Assembly (NCBI GenBank): GCA_963841435.1
Contig: CAWJCS010000004.1
Coordinates: 448,001 to 512,000, forward strand
DNA from: an uncultured delta proteobacterium
GTDB taxonomy: Bacteria > Myxococcota_A > Polyangia > Polyangiales > Polyangiaceae
DNA length: 64,000 nucleotides
Direction: 5' to 3'
Position 1 is the first letter of the stretch. Each line of letters opens with the position of its first letter. Shown piece after piece: positions 10,980 through 19,614 of the stretch. The notes beneath the pieces are model-generated. The model was not told the DNA's origin and made no database searches. It saw nothing but the letters and a program-made list of their open reading frames with translations. The position numbers were made by a program, and so were the translations under genes.

Positions 10980-11182
10980 TGCTGAGGGTGTGCCGTTTAC
11001 GACAAATAGATAATATATTTCATATGGTTACACATGTAAGTCCAGGAGCTTGGCAGGTAGGTCTTCCTCGGGGTTTCGGGGTACGTTTCGGCCCGCTGAC
11101 CGCTGATGTGTCGGACCCGAAATCCGGTGTCGCCGGGGGCCGGCCTGGAATTTCTGGCTCGCTCGGAGTATTGAAGCGAGCC

Positions 11183-11911
11183 ATGCGCTCGCGCGGGTCC
11201 GGGTCGAGCTGGCCGTGGGTCGGCCTGCTCGCCATTTTTTGCTTTGGCTGTAACTCTGGGCCAGGGGCACGTTCGCCCGATTCCTCGACCGGGGAGCGCG
11301 ACGTGCGCGTCATCCACGAGCCGTGCGACACGTCCGGCGGCAGCGCCGAGCGACTGGACGCGAACGGCGACGGGCGTCCCGAAGTCACGATCGTCCGCGA
11401 GGGTGGCCGTGAGGTTTGCCGTGCCGTCGACCTGAACCTCGACGGCAGGGTGGACGTATGGGTCTACCTCGACGAGCACGGCCAGCTCAGGCGTCGCGAG
11501 TACGACTTCGATCGCGACGGAACCATCGACCAGATCGTCGACTATCAGGGAGGCGTCCCGGTCACGGGCGAGCGGGCCACGTTGCTCGCGAACCGGCTCG
11601 ACACTTGGGACTACTACCAGAACGGCGTGCTCGCTCGGAGCGAGCGCGACTCCGACTCCGACGCACGCATCGACCAATGGTGGGAGTATCCGAAGCCGGG
11701 TTGCCCGATGATCCACGCGGACGCCAACCAGGATGGCCGGCCCGATCCGGGAACGACGATCGATTATTGCAAGGAGACGGGCTACGTGCCTCCCGAGCGC
11801 CAATACTACCGGCAGGCGGAGGGGCCGACCTTCCGTGAGCAGCTCGGCACGCCGACCGAGGTCGAGAACCGGGAAGACGACTCCGGCGCCGGCAAGAAGG
11901 AGGAGAAGTGA
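11183..11911 (+). CDS. Putative lipoprotein with tandem Dx(N/D)xDGxxD calcium-binding-type repeats
   Basis: Lipobox-like CFGC; repeats DANGDGRPE, DLNLDGRVD, DFDRDGTID, DSDSDARID, DANQDGRPD. Confidence 0.75.
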   Translation: MRSRGSGSSWPWVGLLAIFCFGCNSGPGARSPDSSTGERDVRVIHEPCDTSGGSAERLDANGDGRPEVTIVREGGREVCRAVDLNLDGRVDVWVYLDEHGQLRRREYDFDRDGTIDQIVDYQGGVPVTGERATLLANRLDTWDYYQNGVLARSERDSDSDARIDQWWEYPKPGCPMIHADANQDGRPDPGTTIDYCKETGYVPPERQYYRQAEGPTFREQLGTPTEVENREDDSGAGKKEEK

Positions 11912-12699
11912 AGCTGCGACACGGCCTGTCTCGAGACGGTGTGCTTTCAGGCGTTGCGCTCGCGCTTGCCGCGAGCGCCGGCGTATGGGCCTGCGGGGGC
12001 ACCGAGACGCCCGGACCGAAAGCAGCGCCGCAGCGTGACGTGAAGCTCGTCGGCATCTCGAGCGACGACAGCTCGCGATGCGACTACAAGGGTCGCGTCG
12101 ACCGCGAGGTGACCGAGTCCGTGGGGCCCGGGTCCGTCACGCAGAACATCCGGCGTGTCTACGCGCTGCTCGGCGAAGGGGAGGACCGTCGGCGCGTCCT
12201 CATCTGTCGCGAGGTGGACACGAACCTCGACGGCGCCAAGGACGTCGTGCGCACCTACAACGAGCGCGGCGAAGCGCTCAACGAGATCGCCGACACCGAT
12301 TTCGACAACAAGATCGACACCTGGGTCACCTTTTCGCGCGGGAAGATCGTCAAGGTCGCCGTCGATCACTCTCACAACGGGCAACCCGACGAAACGCGCG
12401 TCTACATGGGCGGCAAGCTCAGCCGCGTTCAGCGCGACTCCAACGGCGACGGCAAGCCCGACGTTTGGGAGATCTACGACGACGGCAAGCTCCAGCGTCA
12501 GGGTGTGGACCTCAACCAGGATGGCCGCGTTGACCGCTGGGACCGTGACGAGATCGCTCTTCGCGAGATCAACGAGAAGGAACGCCGCGAGCAGGAGGAG
12601 GCCGAGAAGAAGGCCGCCGAGGAAGAGAAGCGCCAGAAGGAGCAGGCGCTCGACGGTGGCGTGACGGACGCGCGAGTCAGCGCGCGACGTCGCGAGTGA
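11908..12699 (+). CDS. Putative lipoprotein with tandem Dx(N/D)xDG repeats (paralog of the upstream gene)
   Basis: Lipobox VWAC; DTNLDGAKD, DTDFDNKID, DSNGDGKPD, DLNQDGRVD; charged helical tail; GTGA overlap. Confidence 0.78.
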   Translation: MKLRHGLSRDGVLSGVALALAASAGVWACGGTETPGPKAAPQRDVKLVGISSDDSSRCDYKGRVDREVTESVGPGSVTQNIRRVYALLGEGEDRRRVLICREVDTNLDGAKDVVRTYNERGEALNEIADTDFDNKIDTWVTFSRGKIVKVAVDHSHNGQPDETRVYMGGKLSRVQRDSNGDGKPDVWEIYDDGKLQRQGVDLNQDGRVDRWDRDEIALREINEKERREQEEAEKKAAEEEKRQKEQALDGGVTDARVSARRRE

Positions 12700-13691
12700 C
12701 GCGGCCCGGACACAACCCGCCGCGCGGCGGGCGGCGCGAGGAAGCGGCGGCACGGCCGCGCCCAGCCCGCAGGCCACGGGGCGCTGTGCCCCTGGCTGGC
12801 CGAGTCCAGAGCCAAGCGCCGATAGAGGGCCCTCCGCCCGACGAGGCGGTTGTCGAGCGTCCGCGGGGAGCAGGAGCCGTCGGCGAGCGGCTGCAGAAGG
12901 TGCTGGCCCGCGCGGGTGTGGCCTCGCGGCGCGCCGCCGAGGTTCTCATCGAGGCAGGCCGCGTGCGAGTCGACGGTCGCATCGTGCGTGAGCTCGGCGT
13001 CCGCGTGACCCGCAGGGCGCGCGTCGAGCTCGACGGGCGCCGCATCGTCGCCGAGCCGCTTCTCTACGTCATCCTGCACAAGCCCCGGGGCGTCGTCTGC
13101 ACGCTGAGCGACCCCGAGGGGCGCCCCACGGTCGGGGATCACCTGCGCGAAGTCGGTGCCCGCGTGGTCCCCGTGGGTCGGCTCGACTTTCACACGAGCG
13201 GCGCGCTCATCTGCACCAACGATGGCGAGCTCCTGAGCCGGCTTGCGCACCCGCGCTACCACGCGGCCAAGGAGTACGTCGTCAAGGTGCAAGGGGTCGT
13301 CGACGAGCGGGGTTTGGCGCGGCTCGCCGACGCCATCGTCATCGACGGGCGCCCCACGCGCCCTGCCGAGATCCGTCTGCTCCGCGTCGAAGGCGACAAG
13401 ACCTGGCTCGCCGTACGGCTTCGCGAAGGGAAGAATCGCCAGGTGCGTCGCCTGGGCGAGCACGCGGGGCTGCCGGTCATGCGTCTGGTTCGTGCGTCGC
13501 ACGCCGGTATCACGACCGAGGGGTTACGCCCCGGGGAGTGGCGTCATTTGAGCGTCGACGAGCTCACCGAGCTTCAGCGTGAGTTCGGTGTTCCGCGCCG
13601 CGTGCGACCGCCTCCGCAGGTGGTCGTGCCGGGCGCCGCGGCGCGTCGCACCCGCCCGGCACGACCGCGAGGACGCCCGGCGCGCCGCTAG
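12696..13691 (+). CDS. rRNA pseudouridine synthase, RsuA/RluB family
   Basis: S4 domain ERLQKVLARAGVASRR, HKPRG, PVGRLDFHTSG, EGKNRQVRR. Confidence 0.9.
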   Translation: MTRPGHNPPRGGRREEAAARPRPARRPRGAVPLAGRVQSQAPIEGPPPDEAVVERPRGAGAVGERLQKVLARAGVASRRAAEVLIEAGRVRVDGRIVRELGVRVTRRARVELDGRRIVAEPLLYVILHKPRGVVCTLSDPEGRPTVGDHLREVGARVVPVGRLDFHTSGALICTNDGELLSRLAHPRYHAAKEYVVKVQGVVDERGLARLADAIVIDGRPTRPAEIRLLRVEGDKTWLAVRLREGKNRQVRRLGEHAGLPVMRLVRASHAGITTEGLRPGEWRHLSVDELTELQREFGVPRRVRPPPQVVVPGAAARRTRPARPRGRPARR

Positions 13692-14227
13692 ACGCCGCCG
13701 CCCCCAGCCTCCGCCGCGCCCGCCTCGCCGGCGTTGCCGCCCGCGCCCGAGGTTCCCGACGCGCCCGAGGTCCCCGACGTGCTGCCGCCGCTGCCCGGAC
13801 CGCGGCCGCCGCGCCCGGCTTGACCCGCCTCGCCGGCCTCGCCCGCGCCCCCGCTGCCGGTGCCCGCGCTGCCACCGGTCGCGACGAAATAGCACTCCCA
13901 CTGGCGGTTCGTGCAGATGCACTCCGCGCCGGCGATCGGACAGTAAAGGTCATTGGGCTGGCAGCTGCCGCCGGGTGTCACCGTCAAGTCGGGGCACGGA
14001 TCCGCTGGGGTGCCGCCGGTGCCGCCCGTGGCATTGCGCCCGCCCATCCCGCCGGTTTGGCCGAGGCCGCCCTGACCCATGCCCCGTCCGCCGCTACCGG
14101 CCGTCGCTCCGACGGAGCCACCGGTCGTCCCAGCCGAGCTCGAGTCCTTGCCGCCGCACGCCTGCATGGCGGACGACGCACCGACCGTGAAGACCACGCC
14201 AGTCACCAGAGCTTCGAAGCGCTTCAT
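13688..14227 (-). CDS. Small Gly-rich putative lipoprotein with a six-Cys mini-domain
   Basis: Signal peptide ending MQAC; Gly/Thr/Ser linkers flank CPDL...C...C...CIC...WEC. Confidence 0.65.
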   Translation of the reverse strand: MKRFEALVTGVVFTVGASSAMQACGGKDSSSAGTTGGSVGATAGSGGRGMGQGGLGQTGGMGGRNATGGTGGTPADPCPDLTVTPGGSCQPNDLYCPIAGAECICTNRQWECYFVATGGSAGTGSGGAGEAGEAGQAGRGGRGPGSGGSTSGTSGASGTSGAGGNAGEAGAAEAGGGGV

Positions 14228-14288
14228 CCATCACCCATTTCGTGGTTCGGTTTGCGGATCATTTCGTGAAGAGCTTCCTCGGACCGGC

Positions 14289-15584
14289 TCAGCGGATGCC
14301 GACCCTGGGTTTGCACCCGACAGCTACGTCGACACGACCCGCCTCGAAGCGGCTGCACGTGCACGGGCACACCAGGATCTGTGTCGGTGCGTCGGGGTTG
14401 TCGTAGTACCAGCCGCCGTTCGGGTTCCGCGCGCACGCCTCGAGATCGTAGATGCGCGGGACCTCCTCGACCGACGTGTCACCCGCGGTGTAGGTGACCT
14501 GTACCTCGTCGTAGTCGATCTTCATCGTTTCGTCGGGTGGCGGCGGGATCTCGTATCGGCAGGCGAGCTTGGTGTTCGACACGTTGCGCAGCGCTGCGAC
14601 GAATGAGCCGGTCGGATCGCCCTCGTCAACGAGATACGCCTGGTGCGTCCCCCCCCCGATGGCGATGCTGTCCAGGTTGAAGTCTGCAGCCAGGCCGATC
14701 ACGTATGTTCTCACGTAGGGCTCCGTCGTGTGCGCGGCCTCGGCCATGGCCGCGATGTCGGCGAGGGCCATCGGCGCGCATTGCGTCGGGTAGCCGTCGG
14801 TGACGAGGACGACGGCCGTGGCCCGCCCGTCGGCGCCCGCTGCCCATTCGCTCGCGTGCGCGAGCGCTCCCTCGAGCGCGGGTGCCGTCGGCGTGAGCCC
14901 ACCGGGCTTGACGGCATCCATTGCGTCCAGGATGTCGTTGCCGACGTTGGCGAGGTCACCGATCTCGACCTTTGGCACGGCGTAGTAGTTGGCGTCACAA
15001 TCGAGCGCGTCGTCGTTGCCACCCGTGCGACCGAAGAAGCCGAGCCCGACACGGACGTCCTCGGCGCTCGCCTCGTCGACGAACGCCGCAATGGCGTCTC
15101 GGAGCACCTGCCAGCGCGTGAGCCCGGTCGTCGCATCGACGTTCTTCAGCGAGACCGAGCGGTCCATCATGAGGTAAAGATCGACGGGCACGGGCTCGGC
15201 CTCGAACGATACGCCACGACAGGCATCGACACCGGCTCCCGCGTCCGCATCGTCGAGCGGGAGGCCCGGGCACGCTTCGCCCGACGCGACGGAGCCGCCA
15301 CTGCCGCCCGAGCCGCCCGTCGAGCCGCCACTGCCGCCCGTTGTCGAGCCCGCGGAGCCGCCGCTCGCAGCAGCGCCACCGTTTGCCGCGCTACCGCCCG
15401 AGCCGCCCCCCGGAGAGCCGCCGGTCGTGCCGCTCGAGCCGCCTCGGGCAGCGTTGCCGCCGCTGCTGCCGCCGACGGAGCCCAAGCCCGTGTCATTGCC
15501 CGCGTCGGAGCTGCTGCACGCCTGCACGACGAGAGCCGCCGCGAGGAACGCCGTGGTGCTGCCGAGCCATGTGGAGGGACGCAT
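14289..15584 (-). CDS. vWA-domain lipoprotein with Gly/Ser linker and Cys-rich C-terminal domain
   Basis: VQAC lipobox, MIDAS MMDRSVS, GGLTPT, VLVTDGYP; start trimmed to ATG 15584. Confidence 0.82.
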   Translation of the reverse strand: MRPSTWLGSTTAFLAAALVVQACSSSDAGNDTGLGSVGGSSGGNAARGGSSGTTGGSPGGGSGGSAANGGAAASGGSAGSTTGGSGGSTGGSGGSGGSVASGEACPGLPLDDADAGAGVDACRGVSFEAEPVPVDLYLMMDRSVSLKNVDATTGLTRWQVLRDAIAAFVDEASAEDVRVGLGFFGRTGGNDDALDCDANYYAVPKVEIGDLANVGNDILDAMDAVKPGGLTPTAPALEGALAHASEWAAGADGRATAVVLVTDGYPTQCAPMALADIAAMAEAAHTTEPYVRTYVIGLAADFNLDSIAIGGGTHQAYLVDEGDPTGSFVAALRNVSNTKLACRYEIPPPPDETMKIDYDEVQVTYTAGDTSVEEVPRIYDLEACARNPNGGWYYDNPDAPTQILVCPCTCSRFEAGRVDVAVGCKPRVGIR

Positions 15585-15597
15585 GCTTCGATCTCCG

Positions 15598-16902
15598 CTA
15601 GCGAATGGTGGTGCACCCGTAAACGACGTTGACTCGGCGAGCGCCGTTCGCCTTGAGGTCGTCGCAGGCCGGGCCGTGGATGATGACGCTGGTCGGCGCG
15701 GCGGAATCGTCGAAGTCCCAACCGGATTCGTCGCCCTCCTTGTGCAGGACCTCGCAGTCGATGGCCACGTTGACGAGGCTGAGCTGGGCGGGCGGTTCGC
15801 CGAGCGCGATCTCGCAGGAGCGGACGAGCTCGGTCGTGATGTTGCGAAGGACATCGGTCAGACCGCTCACGCCGCTCGCCGCCGAGACGGCGAAATAGTC
15901 GTGATCCGAGCCCTGCTGCGGCACGCCGCCGGCGCGCGCGAACGCGTCGAGGTAGTCGGTGTAGTCCTCGGTGCCCGGGATGCCCACGACGAACGTAGCG
16001 ATGCCTGCGGCCCGCAGTGCGTCGATCTGGCCGGTCACTCCCTCGTCGTCGACGCAGTACTCGCCGGCGCCGTCGCAGCAGTTGCCTGCTTGACACTGAT
16101 CCTCGCCGTCGAGGTTCGGGGTGCAGGTGTCGGCGCTGCACGTGAGGTCATAATTGCAGTTCGGACCGCCGTCCGTCGCGAGCAGCACGTATTTGTCGCC
16201 CTCGAGCAGGAGGCCGTCGCCCGTGGTGAAGTAGTCGAGCGCTCGGGCGAGGGCGGCCGCCGTGGGAGTTCCGCCCCCGGGTGATGCGTCCGACAGCGCT
16301 TGCTCGATCGGCGTTCCCTGGTCCGACCCGACGCCGACCCGTATGGCGTCGCTCGCGTCGGGGACCTCGCAACAAAGATCGCCCTCGCAATAAAGGGGGA
16401 TCTTATTCATCGTCGAATACGGGTAGAGTAAGAGGCCCACGTTGAGCGTCGCAGGAGCGGTCGAGAGCGCCGAGCCGAGGGCCTGCTTCATGGCGGCCCA
16501 TTTGTCGGTGCTGAAGCCGACGGGTTGGTCCGTCATGCTCCCCGACTTGTCGATGACGAAAAGGACGTTGACGGGGACGGGCATGGCCTCGACGCGCGTG
16601 CCGCCGCATTGACCGAGACCGACGAGCGTCTGGCACACAGCGCCGGTCTCGCCGCCTTCACCACCGTCGGACGCCACGCTCCCTCCAGTTCCCCCACTCG
16701 CGTCGCCGCTGCCCGCGGTTCCGCCCGAGGAGCTGATCGTCCCCGCGCTGCCCCCTTGCCCGATGACGATGCCAGCGCTGCCCCCGCTCGCGCTCGTGCC
16801 CGAAGCGCCGAGTGCCCCGGAATCATCGGTCTTCTTGCAGGCGCCCACGAGCGGCAAGAGGCAGCCAGTGGCCACACAAAACGAGGAAAAGCGCGTGAGC
16901 AT
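15598..16902 (-). CDS. vWA-domain lipoprotein with Gly/Ser linker and Cys-rich C-terminal domain
   Basis: VGAC lipobox, MIDAS VIDKSGSM, GGGTPT, LLATDGGP; ATG 16902. Confidence 0.82.
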   Translation of the reverse strand: MLTRFSSFCVATGCLLPLVGACKKTDDSGALGASGTSASGGSAGIVIGQGGSAGTISSSGGTAGSGDASGGTGGSVASDGGEGGETGAVCQTLVGLGQCGGTRVEAMPVPVNVLFVIDKSGSMTDQPVGFSTDKWAAMKQALGSALSTAPATLNVGLLLYPYSTMNKIPLYCEGDLCCEVPDASDAIRVGVGSDQGTPIEQALSDASPGGGTPTAAALARALDYFTTGDGLLLEGDKYVLLATDGGPNCNYDLTCSADTCTPNLDGEDQCQAGNCCDGAGEYCVDDEGVTGQIDALRAAGIATFVVGIPGTEDYTDYLDAFARAGGVPQQGSDHDYFAVSAASGVSGLTDVLRNITTELVRSCEIALGEPPAQLSLVNVAIDCEVLHKEGDESGWDFDDSAAPTSVIIHGPACDDLKANGARRVNVVYGCTTIR

Positions 16903-17265
16903 GGGCCGAGCTATCGACGGCGCGCGACCAGGCGCTGGCGCCTGTCGCGGCGGCGGGTCGAGCGCATCGTCAATAGTATCCGAAGCGCGGTTCGACCAAG
17001 CGGCGAATCGACAAATTCGAGTCGCCGCTCTTTTCCTATCGAGCTTGTTACCCTGCGGCCAAGCTACAAACTTCCACATGCGCGCCCTCCCAGTCTCGGC
17101 GCAGTCTGGTAGACGCCGCGTCGTGGCACCTGAAGTGGCATGCGCGCGAGTCACGAGACTGGCGTTGCACGTCTCTGGAGACTAACCTCATGCAGTCGAC
17201 CGAATGCGCCGACGCGGCACACGAAGCATTCGTCCCGAAGACCTCGGTTGCTCCGGAGGCCCATC

Positions 17266-18540
17266 ATGCTGAAGTACCTCGCCGCCCTTCCGCTCCTCCT
17301 CGTCGTGCTCGCCTGCAGCTCGAAGGAGGACAAATCCGGCAAGGCGGCTGGCGCCGCCGGGTCCGGCAACGCCACGAGCTCCGGGGGAACGGCGGGTCAG
17401 TCCGTCATCGACATCGGGGGCTCTAGCGGGACGGGAGGCTCGGGCAGCGGCGCCGCGGCGGGCACCGACGGTGGGACGATTCCTCCCGAGACGGCGGACG
17501 GCCTACGCATGAAGGCCTGCGCGGGTTGGACGAGCGAGCCCGAACTCTTGCCGACGGTCCTCCAGCTCGTCGTCAACACGAGCCAGTCGATGAGCGAGAC
17601 CACGCGCGCGACCAACGGCATGTCGAAGTGGGTCATCACGCGCGACGCCCTCGCCATCGCCATCGACACTTTGCCCGCGACAACGTCCGTCGGCGTTCTG
17701 TACTACCCGAACATGATGACCCAGGGCAGCGACACCCCGCGCAACGTCTCCGCGTGCGTCAACGTGAACGCGTTGATCCCCGTGGTGCTGCTCGGTGACG
17801 CGGGTTCGCAACAGCGCCAGCGCATCTCGATGTCACTGAACGCCGCCGGGCCGAACGGTTCCACGCCGACCCACGACGCGTACCACTACGCGCTCGAGAA
17901 CGGCATGAAGAAGGCCGAAGAAGAGGGCAACAAGTTCATGATCCTCATCACGGACGGCGCCCCGACGCTCGCCCTCGAATGCATCGGTCAAGGCACGCCG
18001 CGCCAGCCGTCGCCCACTCAGCCCATCGTCAACGAGGTGCTCGCGACGCGCGAGGAGGGCATACGGACGTTCATCATCGGCTCGCCCGGCACGGAGAACA
18101 ACGGTAACGGCGAGGACTCGCGGCCCTGGATGTCGCGAGCGGCCGTGCTCGGGGGCACCGCGCGCTCGGGGTGCTCGCTCGGCGGACCGAACTACTGCCA
18201 CATCGATCTTTCGCAGGAGTCGGACTTCGCGGGAGCATTGAACGCCGCCCTCGCGCGCATCCTCGGTCAGATCGTGTCGTGCAGCTTCGAGCTGCCCACC
18301 CCGCCGGCGGGGGAAACGCTCGATCTCTCGCAGATCAACGTGATCTACACGCCGGGCTCCGGCGGCGACGAGCTCGTCGGGCGCGACGATTCACCGGATT
18401 GCCAAGACGGCTGGCAACTCGACTCGAACAACCGCGTCGTGTTGTGCCCGAACACGTGCGACATGGTGCAGCGCGATCCGCAGGGCAGCGTCGAGCTCTT
18501 GTTCGGCTGCGCTTCCGAGGTGTCAGAGCCGGTCAAGTAG
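17266..18540 (+). CDS. vWA-domain lipoprotein with Gly/Ser linker and Cys-rich C-terminal domain
   Basis: VLAC lipobox, variant MIDAS VVNTSQSM, GSTPT, ILITDGAP; GGAGG RBS before ATG 17266. Confidence 0.82.
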   Translation: MLKYLAALPLLLVVLACSSKEDKSGKAAGAAGSGNATSSGGTAGQSVIDIGGSSGTGGSGSGAAAGTDGGTIPPETADGLRMKACAGWTSEPELLPTVLQLVVNTSQSMSETTRATNGMSKWVITRDALAIAIDTLPATTSVGVLYYPNMMTQGSDTPRNVSACVNVNALIPVVLLGDAGSQQRQRISMSLNAAGPNGSTPTHDAYHYALENGMKKAEEEGNKFMILITDGAPTLALECIGQGTPRQPSPTQPIVNEVLATREEGIRTFIIGSPGTENNGNGEDSRPWMSRAAVLGGTARSGCSLGGPNYCHIDLSQESDFAGALNAALARILGQIVSCSFELPTPPAGETLDLSQINVIYTPGSGGDELVGRDDSPDCQDGWQLDSNNRVVLCPNTCDMVQRDPQGSVELLFGCASEVSEPVK

Positions 18541-18591
18541 CTGCCGTGCCACTGCGCGGTGCGCTCGTCGCGCCGGCGGAGGCGCCGCCGT

Positions 18592-19065
18592 TCAGTTGCC
18601 GCGATGGGCGAGCGTGCGCCGGCCGTCGCGGAACATCACGCTGACCTTGTCGTCCTCGCGAACGCCCTCGACGTACCCTTCGCCGAACTTGGGATGAAGG
18701 ATGAGCTGACCGACGGCCAGGTGCTCTTCCATCGAGTAACGAGTGAAGGCGTCAACGGCCTTGCCGAGCGTGTGCGACGCCCAGGTGCCGTACCGCTGTT
18801 CCTCTTCGCGCGCCCTCTGGGCGGCGCGGACGCCGGCCGTGGCGGGGCGCTTCGAAGCGGGGCCCGCGGCGTCGCCGCGGCGACGCACGACGGGTGCGAC
18901 GCCCCCGGATGAGCGCGGAGCCCGGTACACGTGCTCTCCGCCGCACGTGAGGCAGACCACGCGCTTGGGTGCGGCGCCGACCATCGCCACGACGCGGTGG
19001 CCGAGGTCCATGCGGCACTTGGTACACCAGGCATCGATTTCGCTGCCCGCTCCGAACGCCTTCAC
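18592..19065 (-). CDS. Hypothetical protein: N-terminal zinc ribbon plus C-terminal Tudor/SH3-like domain
   Basis: CTKC...CLTC; C-terminal VGQLILHPKFGEGYVEGV...VSVMF resembles the PcrA/UvrD C-terminal domain. Confidence 0.7.
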   Translation of the reverse strand: MKAFGAGSEIDAWCTKCRMDLGHRVVAMVGAAPKRVVCLTCGGEHVYRAPRSSGGVAPVVRRRGDAAGPASKRPATAGVRAAQRAREEEQRYGTWASHTLGKAVDAFTRYSMEEHLAVGQLILHPKFGEGYVEGVREDDKVSVMFRDGRRTLAHRGN

Positions 19066-19541
19066 GCGCCCCTCCTGTTGGCCGGCGCGGCCTCCTCGGG
19101 AGCCGGTGTGGGAGGTGCTGCGGGTGGCTCGGGGCTCGCGTCAGCGCGCCGCACCCCGACCGACGAGCGCACCTCCGGCGTGCTCGCGCGCGCCTCGTTG
19201 GGGACGAACCGCACCGTCGTCCGGATTTCGAACGACACGGCCGTGAGCGCCTTGGCGAGCTCGTCGGCGAGGCTCGTGTGCTCCAAGATGTCACGGACCT
19301 CCCGGGCGACGACGCGGTAGAGGCCCGACTTGGTCTCGTCGAGCTGGCTCAAGATGCCGGCGAGTGCCTCGCGCGGCAGCTTCAGGTCTCCCACGACGCG
19401 GCGGACGTTCTCGGGACCTTCGCTGAGCTTCTCGACGCCCGCTTCGACGATGCGCCGGATGAGCTCGGCCACGGGGCGGTCACTGAGGCGTTCGGTGTGG
19501 TCAACGTCGTCCTTGCGGGGCGTCGGCGGTTCACTCTTCAC
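19062..19541 (-). CDS. Hypothetical alpha-helical protein
   Basis: Protein-like composition and GC3-biased codons; stop overlaps the start of the downstream gene (GTGA); start uncertain. Confidence 0.65.
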   Translation of the reverse strand: MKSEPPTPRKDDVDHTERLSDRPVAELIRRIVEAGVEKLSEGPENVRRVVGDLKLPREALAGILSQLDETKSGLYRVVAREVRDILEHTSLADELAKALTAVSFEIRTTVRFVPNEARASTPEVRSSVGVRRADASPEPPAAPPTPAPEEAAPANRRGA

Positions 19542-19614
19542 GCATGAACGCGTACCGCCCGCCGCGGCGAGCGTCGAAATCCCGAGAACCACCACCCGGC
19601 GGGCGGGCTAGAAT

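Noticed and set aside
15290-15480. Short imperfect tandem repeats (gagccgccactgccgccc)
   Set aside because: They encode the GGSGGS linker of a lipoprotein. No repeat-spacer pattern, so not CRISPR.
17120-17175. TGGCAC/TGGCAT/TGGCGT as sigma54 promoters
   Set aside because: None has the required GG-N10-GC spacing to a -12 element.
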